DNA from: an uncultured Nitrososphaerales archaeon
Lineage (GTDB): Archaea; Thermoproteota; Nitrososphaeria; Nitrososphaerales; Nitrososphaeraceae
Direction of reading: 5' to 3'
NCBI GenBank assembly: GCA_963713605.1
Contig: CAVQMO010000001.1
Location: 64,001 to 128,000 of the forward strand
DNA: 64,000 nt
Below, in pieces: positions 12,250 through 23,896 of this stretch. A program made the position numbers and the translations under genes. How positions within the stretch are numbered: the first letter of the stretch is position 1; each line of letters begins with the position of its first letter. The notes under the pieces were generated by a model. The model did not search any database and was not told the origin of the DNA. It saw only the letters and a list, made by a program, of their open reading frames with translations.

Positions 12250-14981
12250 TCATCGCCCAATGGTTTGAGAAACCATCTCTTCTAATGATGATATTGTTTC
12301 TCGTATTTTTTGCCTCAACTTCCCGCCTCCTTGACCAAATGCCGCGTTTCCTCCACCTGATCCCCCGAGTGTCTGTGAAAGCCGCTGGGCTAAATCGCCT
12401 GCCTTAACCCTTTTCCTTGCAACTTCTCCTGCAAACGTAATAACACGTACACCTTGACCTTTACCGATAAGTGCGACGAAAATCAGGTATGGATCATTCT
12501 GAATCACCGTCTCACCTAATGAAATATAGTACTCTTCCCCTAGCTCCTCATCGTAACGTACTAAATAATTTGATTCCATCAGACGAAATCACTTTTGAAT
12601 TTTTGAAAATGGAATTCATAACAGAGGGTAGAGTTTTTCTTACGACAGCTTTAAGTTTCCTTTTGGTCTCATCTGCTTCGTCAACAGATTTACGCAATGA
12701 TTCTACAACCTTCTCCTTACTTGCTCCTAGGACGCGCGAGATGGTATTAAGCTGGTTATCTTGTTTTTCCACATAGTCTATAGCAGCCTCACCTGCTACG
12801 AATTCTAGTCTTACAACACCATCCTGAATTCTTTCAGTCCTAAAAATCTTTATCAGGCCGATTTCACCGGTACGACTAACATGAGTTCCTCCACAGGCTT
12901 CTATATCCCAATCCTTAATATTTACAATTCTGACTGTACCGGATGGGACCACACCTCCCTGATAAATTCTAAAGGAGTAATTTCTTTCCGCATCGATACG
13001 ATCGAATGTGTTTATTAGTACCGGGCTATCCTGCCTCACAACCTTGTTTGCAGCTCTTTCTATCCCTTCGATCTCCTCTCGGGTAAGTGATGAATGGTGG
13101 GTGATATCCAGTCTTGCGTAGTCCTCGTCCTTGGACGCTGAATTTTGCCATACCCAGGGTCCAAGTATGCTTCTTGCAGATGCATTTACAATATGCGTAG
13201 CAGTATGATGTTTAGTGATTAGGTCTCTTCTTCTTGGATTAATGCGGACCCTGATCTTCATTCCGGGCAAGAGGCCCTTTGAAGAACTTACTTTATGAAT
13301 TACAATTTCATTTTGTTTTATTACGTCTAATACTTTAATACCTTCAATATCGCCACTATCAGGCTCCTGACCTCCACCTCGAGGATAAAATACAGTCTGA
13401 TCAAGTATAACATAATTGTTTTCAATAATGGCCAAGATTTTGGCATCAGACTCGGTCATCAAATCATGTTCATAATATAGTAATCTAGTTGGTTGCAGCT
13501 CTTCGATGCCAGTAATTGGTCCCAGACTATGCGAAGGACGGTGAGATTCATGCAGTTCAGATAACTGTACATAAAAGGCTTGAGGAATACTTTCAATTAC
13601 TCCTGACTCTATAAGGAATTCAGGCGTGATGCCATCTGATTCGTACAGTCTTATAAGATCATCAACCGAAAGGCTTCGTTTCTTGCCTTTTATTGACGAG
13701 GTAATGGAATTCATTCTTTCCTTCGACCCTAGATATCTATTAGACTCAATCTGCAAAATTGTTCTAACATCTTTTACATGTTCTTCTAATTCCGGGTACA
13801 TCCTTCTCAGATATCCGATGTGAGTGTCAGCGATTTCAGCCAAATCAAATTTCCAACCCATTCTCTCCAGTATTGCCAATGCTCTTCTAAGAATCACTCT
13901 TAGATTATAGCCGCCTCCCACGTTAGATGGAATTGAACCATCGCTAATGGCAAAGAGTAAAGTCCTAGTATGATCAGCGACAGTATACATTGCTTCAAAC
14001 GGATTAACGATCTTGCTCAAATCTTCAAATGAGACTTTCATTTCCTTCGCAAATGTGGTCTTGAGAGCTCTTAATATCCACCTCTGTTCTCTCGAGTGCA
14101 TTTGAGACAAACCTAAAGTAACTTCCTAGTATTTCTTTATCGAGCATCGTTCCAGTTTTACTCATCATCTCATTAATGACTGGACCGAATGTACAGTCGT
14201 AACTAGTCGGTGTGCCCATTGTAATCCATGAGAAACGTTCCAATCCTGCCCCCATATCTATAATTCGGTGTTTCATTGTTCGGTATTCATTTTCGTCTCC
14301 TTCGAATTCAGTGAACACCGCGTTACCCAGTTCAAGCCCATTAACAAAATATTCTAGTGAACACCCAAAGGCTCCTGCTCCCATCCAGACGTCTTCTACG
14401 AAGGTGATGGCCTTAGGATCAATTCCCAATATTTTTGTCAACAATTGGTAATCTAAATCCAAGCAACGATCTTTCCAATATCCTCCTTCCGCATCTGCAT
14501 TGCAGGTTTGACCTATCATGCAAAAGGTTGTGTAATGGCGACCACTGAGGCCCACATTTTCGATGTCGTTGAAACGAACGCACATCTGTGGTACTACTAG
14601 TGGATTGGCAGGAAGTTCAAAAAACACCTTGTTTTGAACTACTCTCTGAAAATCAACGATGGAGGCTATTGTATAATAAAGGTCATCGCGCCATCTGCAG
14701 ACAACAGGGTACCTGCTTACTACAGTGTGTTTGTTTGACCCAAAGAATGCTTCGACTTCCTTCCACGTATCAATATAGTCTAGACGTTTGCTTGTTGGAG
14801 GATTTCCAAGAAACCCATAAGCCTCGTGATCGGGGCAAACTGCCCTATCTACAAGAGACCAAAAAAATTTACCACAAAGATTACATTTGTGCCGTTGAAA
14901 TCCAACTTTATCGAATAGTGCTACTTTATAGTATCTGTCTGGATTAGCGGAAAACAGAGAAGAAAGTTCCTTTTTGCCCAA
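12250..14981 (-). CDS. alaS: Alanine--tRNA ligase, split in three by frameshifts at ~14070 and ~12557
   Basis: RWRDDLYYTIASI, GRHYTTF, DMGAGLER, editing motifs HTATH and CGGTH, C-terminal GGSGGG (DHHA1). Confidence 0.95.
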
Positions 14982-15808
14982 TACTTTGTATGCCTTGTTA
15001 AATACAGTAATAACGGTTTCGATCTTTCTTGACATATAGGTTGATACACAGGACAATTTGATTCTAAGAATGGTATTACCCCATGCGGGAAATTGAGTTC
15101 AATACTATTTTAATCTAGAACAGGTTATCTCGCTGATTTTAAATACAGTCCATTCAAATCGGAAGTGAGAGATTCTCCCTGGTTTTACTCGAGTGGTAAT
15201 AATTCTAAACTAATGTTCAGCCAAATCTGGATAATTTCATCAAAACTATAGATTCAGTAGTTCATCGTTAACGGATTTTTTGGCTGCAAGTTCGTAAGTG
15301 GTCTGCAAGTTAGTAATGGTGTACAGTGAGAAACAATAGACTAACCCCCTATTGATAACGAGTAAATATGGGTCAGCTTTTGTGGTTCAATATATGTATA
15401 TTTCAAATATTTAGCATCCAAATTAGCTACCTTCCAAAATCCCCGTAGAATATCTGCTGTGGTTAGGTCACTAGTATACAAGTTTGGTTGCAACCCCCAA
15501 CAAACGGGATCAGAGAACAGAAATTGTAGATCCTATTTATGCAGTATCAATTAGACAAAAACAGAGTCAGATATAATTCTGGTACAGAGTCAGAATTCAT
15601 AAACCTCATGTAATAAACTTGCTATTAGGGCTTTGTATTCTTAAATACTCTTGGTACCGTTCATGTATTCAGGATTCTCAAATAACCTAGAAAAACTATT
15701 TAATTGCATTCTGTTCCTTAGTGACTACCCTGAAGGACGAAGCTGAACTGGACCTTACCTGTTAAACCAATTATAGCAAGGTTCAAATCCATTTATTGTT
15801 TAACTGAT

Positions 15809-16307
15809 GTGGTTATGGCTAGGAAGATGGTAGTTTTGTTACCTGCCATTTTAGCCGCCTTTATTATTGGAGTATTAGGTCTCCTATTGGTCCCTTCCGA
15901 GGTTAAGAACAGAGATCTCAGTTTTCCTACGGGCACAATAAAAATTGACAATGATACTATCAAAGTAGAGGTAGCGAAATCACCTGAAGAGAGACAAAGA
16001 TGGTTGATGTTTAGAGCGGATCCGATTCCTCTGGACTCGGGAATGCTATTAGTTTATGGAAAGCCAGATCTTTACGCACTATGGCTTATAAACATTCAAT
16101 ATAATCTTGATTTGATCTGGTTTGATGAGAATGGGCATGTGGTATATACAAAAGAAAATGCACAAATCTGCAACAACCCATTTGATGCTTCAAAATGTAC
16201 TTACAAGAATACCTCGCTCGCTAAGTATGTGATAGCTCGCCTCATCAGGATTCGTAGCAAATCATAATATTTCATCGAGCTCAACAATGGAGATAGTTTC
16301 AATTTGA
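15809..16307 (+). CDS. DUF192-family exported protein, frameshift at ~16238
   Basis: N-terminal TM, VEVAKSPEERQRWLMFR, GMLLVY, LDLIWFDENG. The corrected end IAASSGFVANHNI...SI stops at 16307. Confidence 0.85.
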
Positions 16308-16852
16308 TACAACACTATTTTGATTGCTTTACATTATTATCAATTTGTGACTTAATCTAACTCATCTATAGATCTTTATTTTGTCAGATTTTAATAGATA
16401 GGTCATTATGATCTTGTAGAAGAGATCACTTAGATAGACACTCGAATAACATAGTACCCTTTACTGCGTCACTATAAACATTGAATGCATTCCTTACTCC
16501 TTTCTAGGTAATTGTGGCTCGTAATTCAGCCAGTTGATTTGGTAGATTGTTTATTTGGGGATACCATTCTAAAGGGAGTATCCGCATACTTCAGTAATGG
16601 GAACCGAATTGCAAGACATTCCAAAAACAAAATATGGTACTGCACAGTAACCATACTCGGCTTAAGTGTGTTCTTTAATGAATTCGCAAAAAAAGTGTTG
16701 GATTCCCCTAATAATTCCTATGTTGTACAAGCATCAATCCATCAGGACATTAAACGAATCGCGTCGGGTCACCCTCGCATACCAAAGCTCTGGCATTAAC
16801 GAACTTGTGATGACGACGGGTCGAGATAAGTGAAAACTAAGGGACAAAAACA

Positions 16853-16861
16853 GTTTATATG
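16853..16861 (+). promoter_or_regulatory. TATA box upstream of the queD fusion
   Basis: An A-rich BRE-like run followed by TTTATAT, about 33 bp before ATG 16893. Confidence 0.5.
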
Positions 16862-16892
16862 TGAAAGCGCTAATAATTTGTGGATATTTTAT

Positions 16893-17715
16893 ATGAAAAG
16901 TCTTCAAGATAAAGACATTAGGTATCTAGATAAGAAGAGAGTAATTTATAGAAGTAGGACTGAATCGACTCTCGCAAAATTGCTATCATTTTTGGATCAT
17001 GAATTTGATTATGACGTAGTTTTCCCAGGAATGTCTAATGGTAAACCATTAACGGTAGATTTCAAAATTGGAAAGAAGTATATTGAGGTAGTTGATTCCG
17101 AGACTGATCTCCAGAAATTCAAGGCTATAAAACAGAAAAATCCCGACGCTAACATCATTGCTATAGGCTCATCAAGATATCTTGCAAAGGTAGACGAACT
17201 AGAATCAGTCTTCGTGTACGATTCACATGAGAATGAAACTAGCTCTATTTTTATCGAAGATCCATCACTAGCATTTGATTATGCACATATTCTTCCCTTA
17301 GTCGAAAGGTGCTCTATACTGCATGGACATACATCAAACGTCATGGTAGAGATAATAGGGACGACCAAGAATAACCTTGTGATAGATTTTGGAGATGCTA
17401 AACGGATCATCAAACAAACCTTGAATTTGATGGATCACAAGTTCTTCATTAGCAAAAAATATGTTGTAAAAGAGGACGAGAAGCACTATTTTGTTTCCTT
17501 CAAAGGTCTACATGGGGATTTCAACCTACAAGTACCTAAGGCTACGACATTTATGTTGTCAGGTGAGGCAACAGTCGAAAATCTTTCAACCGAAATAATA
17601 AGGCTCGCTTGCTCCAAAGATGCCACCCAATGTCGATGCGTTGGGAGTTTATATTTACGAAGGAACCAACAAAGGTGCCCACATTATATGCGGAATAGAT
17701 AGAAGATCTTACTAG
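16893..17715 (+). CDS. queD: 6-carboxy-5,6,7,8-tetrahydropterin synthase (QueD/PTPS) with an extra ~110-aa N-terminal domain; frameshift at ~17606
   Basis: FDYAHIL..CSILHGHT, VIDFGDAK, MDHKFF, ATVENLS. Corrected end LLAPKMPPNVDALGVYIYEGTNKGAHII. Confidence 0.85.
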
Positions 17716-17944
17716 GGCATCAAGACTCAGAAGCAGATGACGGTCATAATTTCTGACATTCTGATCACTTAGATGGTTTGAATAACGCGTGTTTGGAGAA
17801 CGTCCTCCTAGGGTCGAATCCCTGTACTGCATAATGTATCGCTTCCAGAATTTAGTTCCGTGTAAATGCCATGATCTCTGCTGAATACACTGTGTTTGGA
17901 GCAGCGAATCTCACATTGTCATTATCGAGTGGAGAACAAATGCA

Positions 17945-17952
17945 TTTATAAC
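17945..17952 (+). promoter_or_regulatory. TATA box of the CoA ligase gene (likely leaderless or short-leader mRNA)
   Basis: TTTATAAC about 30 bp upstream of ATG 17979. Confidence 0.5.
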
Positions 17953-17978
17953 TATCCTTCTGGGTTTTTACCTCTAGT

Positions 17979-20096
17979 ATGGCAGATGAGGGAACCCAAC
18001 GGGTATTTCTGTCGCCTTCTTCCATAGCAGTAATTGGTGCGTCAGAAAGACCCGGTGTAGGAAGGGCAATATTTTCTAATATACAGAAAGGATATAAGGG
18101 AAAGATCTACCCTGTTACTCCTTCCAATCCTACCGTTTTCGATTTGAAAGCCTACAAGAGTGTACTGGACATTCCCGACGATATCGATCTTGCGGTCATC
18201 GCGACTCCTAACAAAACTGTGCCTTCGGTTATTGAGGAAGTCGGAAAGAAAAGAATAAAGGGAGCAATAATAGTAACCGCGGGGTTTAAGGAGGTTGACA
18301 GCGATGGTGCAAACCTTGAGAAAGAAGTTGGGGAGATAGGTGCGAAATACGGAACAAGAATCATCGGTCCAAATTGTTTGGGGATAATGAGTCTTTCACC
18401 AGAAAACATGATGAATGCCACTTTTCTCAAAATAACGCCTAAGCATGGAGGGATTGCCTTGGTATCGCAAAGCGGTGCAATTTGTGCTGCCACGGTAGAA
18501 GATGCTATTGCACAAGGAATAGGATTTTCAAAAGTTGTTAGTATGGGAAACAAAGTTGATATGGACGAAAATGATGTCTTGGAACTGTTAGCCGATGACG
18601 TAGAAACACGGGTAATAGTGATGTATCTGGAAGATATTCACGATGCAAGGAGATTCATGAAGATAGCCAAGAAGACAACAAAGGAATACAAGAAGCCTAT
18701 CATTGTCCTTAAGTCAGGAAGAACGCCTGAAGGAGCAAAAGCGGCAATGTCACACACAGGGGCTCTAATGGGATCAGATGAAGCTTACGATGCGCTTTTT
18801 GATCAGTCAGGAGTTATTCGTGTAGATACGATGCAAAGCCTATTCGAATTGGCCACGGCATTTTCAAAACAATTAGTTCCAGCTAAGGATTCAGGAATTG
18901 CTATCGTGTCAAACGCAGGAGGACCAGCCATAATCTCCACCGATATATGTGCTAAATTTCGGTTGAAAATGGCAGACTTATCTGATTCCAGAGATGTAAT
19001 TTCAAAGGTTATTCCCCACCATGGATCGGCTAGAAATCCGGTTGACATAGTTGGAGACGCGGATTACAAGAGATTCGAGAAGGTATTGGTTGAATTGCTG
19101 TCTAATAGTAACGTTGGAGCAATAGTAACAATGTGTACCCCATCTGCGACTTTAGACTATACGGAACTTGCAAGGACTATTGTGAATACTTCGAAAGGAA
19201 CAAAGAGAACAATGCTTGCAGCCCTAATGGGTTTAGCGGAGGGTGAGGAAAACAAGAAAGTACTATCTGAAGGAGATATCCCGCATTTCATGTACGCTGA
19301 ACCAGCTATACAAACACTTGCCGCAATGTATAAGTTCAGAGAGTGGCTCTCAAGAGAAGAAGAACCACCAAAGAACTTTCAAGTAGATGTTGACAAAGTA
19401 ACAAAAATTTTCGATCACGTTCGGAGCGAAGGACGTCCCAACCTATTGGAAGAAGAGGGGTACGAGGTTCTTCAGGCCTATGGTTTTCAGATACCAAAGA
19501 GCTTCTTGGCAAAAAGCGAAGATGAATGCGCTGAGGCAGCGCGAAGCATCGGATATCCTTTGGTTATGAAGATAGTCTCTCCCCAGATCATTCATAAATC
19601 GGATGCAGGAGGAGTCAAAATTGGCCTTTCCACTGAGCAGGAAGTTAGGAAAGGTTACAATGATATCATCGGAAACATACGAAAATACGATAAGGACGCC
19701 TTAATCAAAGGGATTTTAGTTCAGGAAATGGTAAGATCCGGTAAAGAAACTATTATCGGTGCCAAACGTGATCCCTTGTTCGGTCCGTTATTGATGTTTG
19801 GTCTAGGAGGCATTTATGTGGAAGTTCTTAAAGACGTAACGTTTCGAATAGCCCCTGTGACTGAAAAAGACATTGCTGAGATGATCGAGTCTATAAAGTC
19901 AATTAAATTATTGAAGGGAGCGAGAGGCGAGAAACCCTCCGACTTGAAAGCTTTAGCAGAAAATCTTCAAAGATTATCACAGCTGGTAACTGATTTTCCA
20001 GAAATAGAAGAGTTTGATATGAATCCACTTCTAGTGTTCGAAGAAGGAGGTGGAACAAGGGCAGTAGACGTAAGAATTGGATTAACTAAATCATAG
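17979..20096 (+). CDS. ADP-forming acyl-CoA ligase, fused alpha/beta; most likely the 4-hydroxybutyrate--CoA ligase of the thaumarchaeal 3HP/4HB cycle
   Basis: SIAVIGAS, GPNCLG, SQSGA, phospho-His SHTGALMGS, SNAGGP, ATP-grasp HKSDAGGV. By recollection it closely resembles the Nitrosopumilus 4HB-CoA ligase. Confidence 0.85.
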   Translation: MADEGTQRVFLSPSSIAVIGASERPGVGRAIFSNIQKGYKGKIYPVTPSNPTVFDLKAYKSVLDIPDDIDLAVIATPNKTVPSVIEEVGKKRIKGAIIVTAGFKEVDSDGANLEKEVGEIGAKYGTRIIGPNCLGIMSLSPENMMNATFLKITPKHGGIALVSQSGAICAATVEDAIAQGIGFSKVVSMGNKVDMDENDVLELLADDVETRVIVMYLEDIHDARRFMKIAKKTTKEYKKPIIVLKSGRTPEGAKAAMSHTGALMGSDEAYDALFDQSGVIRVDTMQSLFELATAFSKQLVPAKDSGIAIVSNAGGPAIISTDICAKFRLKMADLSDSRDVISKVIPHHGSARNPVDIVGDADYKRFEKVLVELLSNSNVGAIVTMCTPSATLDYTELARTIVNTSKGTKRTMLAALMGLAEGEENKKVLSEGDIPHFMYAEPAIQTLAAMYKFREWLSREEEPPKNFQVDVDKVTKIFDHVRSEGRPNLLEEEGYEVLQAYGFQIPKSFLAKSEDECAEAARSIGYPLVMKIVSPQIIHKSDAGGVKIGLSTEQEVRKGYNDIIGNIRKYDKDALIKGILVQEMVRSGKETIIGAKRDPLFGPLLMFGLGGIYVEVLKDVTFRIAPVTEKDIAEMIESIKSIKLLKGARGEKPSDLKALAENLQRLSQLVTDFPEIEEFDMNPLLVFEEGGGTRAVDVRIGLTKS

Positions 20097-20349
20097 TTCG
20101 ATCGGATATCGATAAAGTCAATACCAGCCTAGTTTTATCTTTATTCTAAGATAAAGGTAGAGCAACGATCTGACAATTAGATATGCTCTATTCCCAGTTA
20201 GCCTTCTGATCCTCATTATTCGATATCTGATGAATGACATCCCGGTGCTTTTGATCCCTATTATATCTAATTTTCAATATAATCATATCGCTGAAGCTGG
20301 CCTGGTTGTAATGCATGTCAACCACATACAAATTGAGGGCAGATCCGCA

Positions 20350-20411
20350 TGACGAAATTGACGACGAGATTGACGACAAACTTGACGAGGGTTCACGACG
20401 GTTTCGACGAA
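20350..20411 (+). repeat. Six imperfect direct repeats with core (T)GACGA, mostly 11-12 bp apart
   Basis: tgacgaaat tgacgacgagat tgacgacaaact tgacgagggt tcacgacggtt tcgacgaa. Confidence 0.75.
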
Positions 20412-20453
20412 TACTCATATATAAGAAATAGTACTAGAAATGTACTAGAAGAA

Positions 20454-22158
20454 TTGAAAGTGGGATTACCTCATTATACAAAAATGGAGATAATATCTAG
20501 ATGGACAGAGAGACAGGATTGCTGCTGATTTGGAACTAGGAGCGGGGACAGTTTCAGCCGTAGTCTCGGATTGGAAGATAGAGATAGGCATCCCTAATGC
20601 TGATGCACTAAGGCAGTTTTAGACTGAGCTACGACGGCTGGGAGCTACCCCATCGCAATGCGTTTCAGATTGTAGAATTCTCAGTGTGCTAATAAAGATA
20701 CGGATAGATGAGGAAAGTCTAGAATCGTTTGCTTCTCAGATATATCAAAGATGCCTGAGTAAAAACATCACACCTGAGGTGCTTGTTGAATGCTCACTAG
20801 AGATACTTTCTACAGCTGAAAAGATTCCAATTTCGCGGATTCCACAATTCGTTCAGAGGATGATCGTGGAAAAGCAAGACTTAGAACAGGAGCTTAGAAT
20901 ATTGAGAAGGGAGCAGGCAAACGCCAAGAAAGAACGAGAAGAAGCGCTGAAGAACAGCCAGATTACCACTCGTAACATCAACGAGTTTATCGGATTGAAG
21001 GATATGTTATCTAAATCTGGGTTAACATTTGACAATCTCTCCGAAATAAACAAGTTGGCAAGGGTACTTTATAACGTTAAAGATTGTTCTTACGATCCCA
21101 GGACGGTCACGATCAAATTATCTACTATTAATAACCTTCAGGAAAGAAAACTAAAGCTACAGGAAAAAGTAGCAATTGAAGAACAAAAATTAAACAGGAT
21201 TATTAAAGAGCGAGTGGAGAGCGAGAAAATACTATCCCGCTGCCGGATACGTCTTGAATTGTATGATCAGCTTGAGAGTATGGAATGCGGTCTGAAGGAG
21301 CTAACTCTGCTAAAGAATATTATTCTCGAAATTTCAAACAATAATAGTATAAATCCACATTTCGCATTTAAGAAATTTTGTAGTGATCTCAAAGATCAAT
21401 ATGATGCTAAGCTTGGCCTCCAGAAGAAGATTGATGAGATGAACACATCATTGATTCATGCCAGACAGGAGCTTCACCCAATTTCGTTAGAGTACTCGAA
21501 ACTTAGGGATCTCAATAATAAACTCGAAGAATTGAATTACGGTGTTTCACAAGGTGATATTGTATGTTGGAACAATATTGTCAAGGGATATACAAAAGAT
21601 TTGTCCAGTATGAATGAGGATTTGATTCAATACGGAGGCCTAGTGAATGCGAAGACACATCTTGATTCAAAAGTGAAGTCTTTAAGTTTGGAAAGTGTAG
21701 AGCTATCAGCTAAAGTTCAAGTGTTGAGAGAGGAAGGTAAAAAATTTCATTAAGCATTGGATTTGATATGTCTCACGGAAGAAAAATAGTTCAGACTTTT
21801 TTTGAAGGATTTGGAGGCAAAAATTAGTGAATCGAATAAGACCACAGATAAGTCTCTCCAAATAATGAAGCATCAATCGTTTTCCATTGCTGAACAGGTG
21901 GCAAAAAGCCTGCAAACTATCGACACCAATACAAAACAACAGATGGATCTCTTTCAGAAGATTGGAGCGGCTGCAGAATTCTCACCACTCATAAAAGCCG
22001 CAAGAGGACAGTATGTTGATTTAGATGAATTGAAAGGATCTGTAATTAGGGCTATGGGCATTATGCATTCCAGATTGAATAATACGCTAAATGGCGGAAC
22101 AATGGACACACTCCATAAAGCGATTGAGAACCTAGAATCAGATTTACTCGTCGCGTGA
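20454..22158 (+). pseudogene. Disrupted ~570-aa protein with an N-terminal HTH and a long coiled coil
   Basis: TTG 20454 gives MKVGLPHYTKMEIISRW. After a frameshift at ~20505 it reads QRDRIAADLELGAGTVSAVVSDW (HTH). In-frame TAG at 20620 precedes ORF 20686-21753 in the same frame. Two compensating homopolymer indels (~21742, ~21800) link it to ORF 21802-22158. Confidence 0.75.
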
Positions 22159-22891
22159 AGGCTCAACCACCGATATGCCCGTGACATGGTCGGATAGCGA
22201 CAAAAGTATTGAGCAACAATTGGGGGACCGATAAGAAATCATGACAATGATATAGCTTTAGCGACATTTACTCAAATGGTATTGCTAAATAGTTATTTTC
22301 TTTTCAAACTACATTCTGGAAATCTAAATAAAGGTTTTAGCAATGTATATCATAAACAAAATATAAGGAGAATCAAAGGAACTTATTTTTTTAATAATAG
22401 CACACGTGAAAATTAAAGTTTCCTAATGGCCCCAGAGGCAACCGCTCTTCATTCAAAGGATCAGCTAGTTGATACATCATATGGTATTAATGACTACCAG
22501 GATAATTTAGAGTGTTCAACAGGCTGAGACAATGAAAAATACTTCCAAATGTACTGATTCAATCGTTCATCATTTGATCACACTATGCATTTTTAATCAC
22601 AATTATGATAGTAAGCATGCCATCCTCCGTAACAGAAATATTTGGTTTGAGGCAAACCCTTTCAAATAAAATTGATAACTAAAATGAACGTGTTAATGCC
22701 ATACTAATGTCGAAGAACTACCCAAGTATTTGTTTCTGAAACAACCTATGTAATACGTTACCACTATAGCCTATTTAAGGGGAGAATTTTATAGTTCATA
22801 GTTAGCGGCATGAACATGACCCATCAAGGACTTATGAAATCTTGAATCTATCTTGAAATAGTATATATGGGCTACTAGTTGCCTGACCATT

Positions 22892-23833
22892 ATGAGCAGT
22901 GCATGGAGAGTTCTTATCTGTGACTCAATTGATAGGATAGGGGTCGAGATATTAACCAAGGCTGGAATGATTGTTGATTACCAGCCAGAAATAACATTCG
23001 AAAAACTCGTTTCCTTGGTTAACGGATATGACGTTTTAGTTGTTAGGAGCAGGACCAATGTTTCCAAAGACGTAATTGAAAATGGAAATTCTCTTAAGGT
23101 CATAGCACGGGTAGGTGTCGGATTGGACAACGTTGATACCAACTATGCGAAAAGTAAGAACATTGAAGTCATAAATGCTCAAGAAGCAGCAACAAAGGCG
23201 GTATCAGAATTGGTGATTGGGTTCATGATATCATTGGCTCGCCTCATTCCATATGCCCATTCTGAAACGTCAAAAGGAAATTGGATAAAAAAGTCTCTGA
23301 TGGGAACAGAACTGAGTGGAAAGTATCTGGGCATCGTCGGAGTAGGGAATATAGGCAGAAATGTAGGGCGCGTTGCTAGAGCATTGCGAATGAACATCAT
23401 AGGCTACGACATTTACCCTATTAGCAGAGAATACATCAACGAAGTTGGCATGATTAACGCTGATCTAAATACACTGGTTGAAAGTTCTGATTTCATAACC
23501 ATCCATGTTCCGCTGTCGTCCGACACATACCATCTTTTTGATAATGAGCTTCTTTCTAGAATGAAAGAGTCAAGCTACATTATAAATACTTCAAGAGGAG
23601 GGATCGTGGATGAAAGTGCCCTATATGACCTTTTGAAAGATCAAAAAATTGCGGGAGCTGGACTGGACGTCTTTGAGGTCGAGCCACCTACTAGTAAAAA
23701 ATTCTTAGAATTGCCCAACGTATTATGCACTCCTCATATTGGTGCACAAACCAAAGAAGCACAAGAATTGGCAGCCAGAGTGATTGCTGAAAAACTCATA
23801 CACAAATTTCAAGAGGCGTCCGTTGGACAATAA
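22892..23833 (+). CDS. D-2-hydroxyacid dehydrogenase, short SerA-like (no ACT domain)
   Basis: ARVGVGLDNVD, GIVGVGNIG, INTSRGGIVDE, GLDVFEVEP, TPHIGAQT. Confidence 0.9.
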   Translation: MSSAWRVLICDSIDRIGVEILTKAGMIVDYQPEITFEKLVSLVNGYDVLVVRSRTNVSKDVIENGNSLKVIARVGVGLDNVDTNYAKSKNIEVINAQEAATKAVSELVIGFMISLARLIPYAHSETSKGNWIKKSLMGTELSGKYLGIVGVGNIGRNVGRVARALRMNIIGYDIYPISREYINEVGMINADLNTLVESSDFITIHVPLSSDTYHLFDNELLSRMKESSYIINTSRGGIVDESALYDLLKDQKIAGAGLDVFEVEPPTSKKFLELPNVLCTPHIGAQTKEAQELAARVIAEKLIHKFQEASVGQ

Positions 23834-23896
23834 TAAAATGAAATGGGACTAGAATTGTGTTGCAGAGTTTGGTTGTTGCATCAAAAGGTAATGAAA

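Noticed and set aside
15561..15594. Direct repeat ACAGAGTCAGA x2
   Set aside because: Only two copies, with no associated gene or element ends.
16512..16799. 95-aa ORF, plus a box-C-like GTGATGA at ~16807
   Set aside because: No recognisable motif or promoter for the ORF, and no box D for a C/D sRNA.
17775..17832. tRNA-like fragment (TAGGG TCGAAT CCCTG resembles a T-arm; TTGGAGA resembles an anticodon loop)
   Set aside because: The T-loop is only 6 nt, the anticodon stem is poor, and no matching acceptor stem or D-arm was found.
20350..20411. Possible mini-CRISPR array
   Set aside because: Units are 9-12 bp with no spacers, and no cas genes are present.
20188..20418. 76-aa minus-strand Ser-rich ORF
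   Set aside because: The Ser run is just the antisense reading of the GACGA repeats; there are no other protein features.
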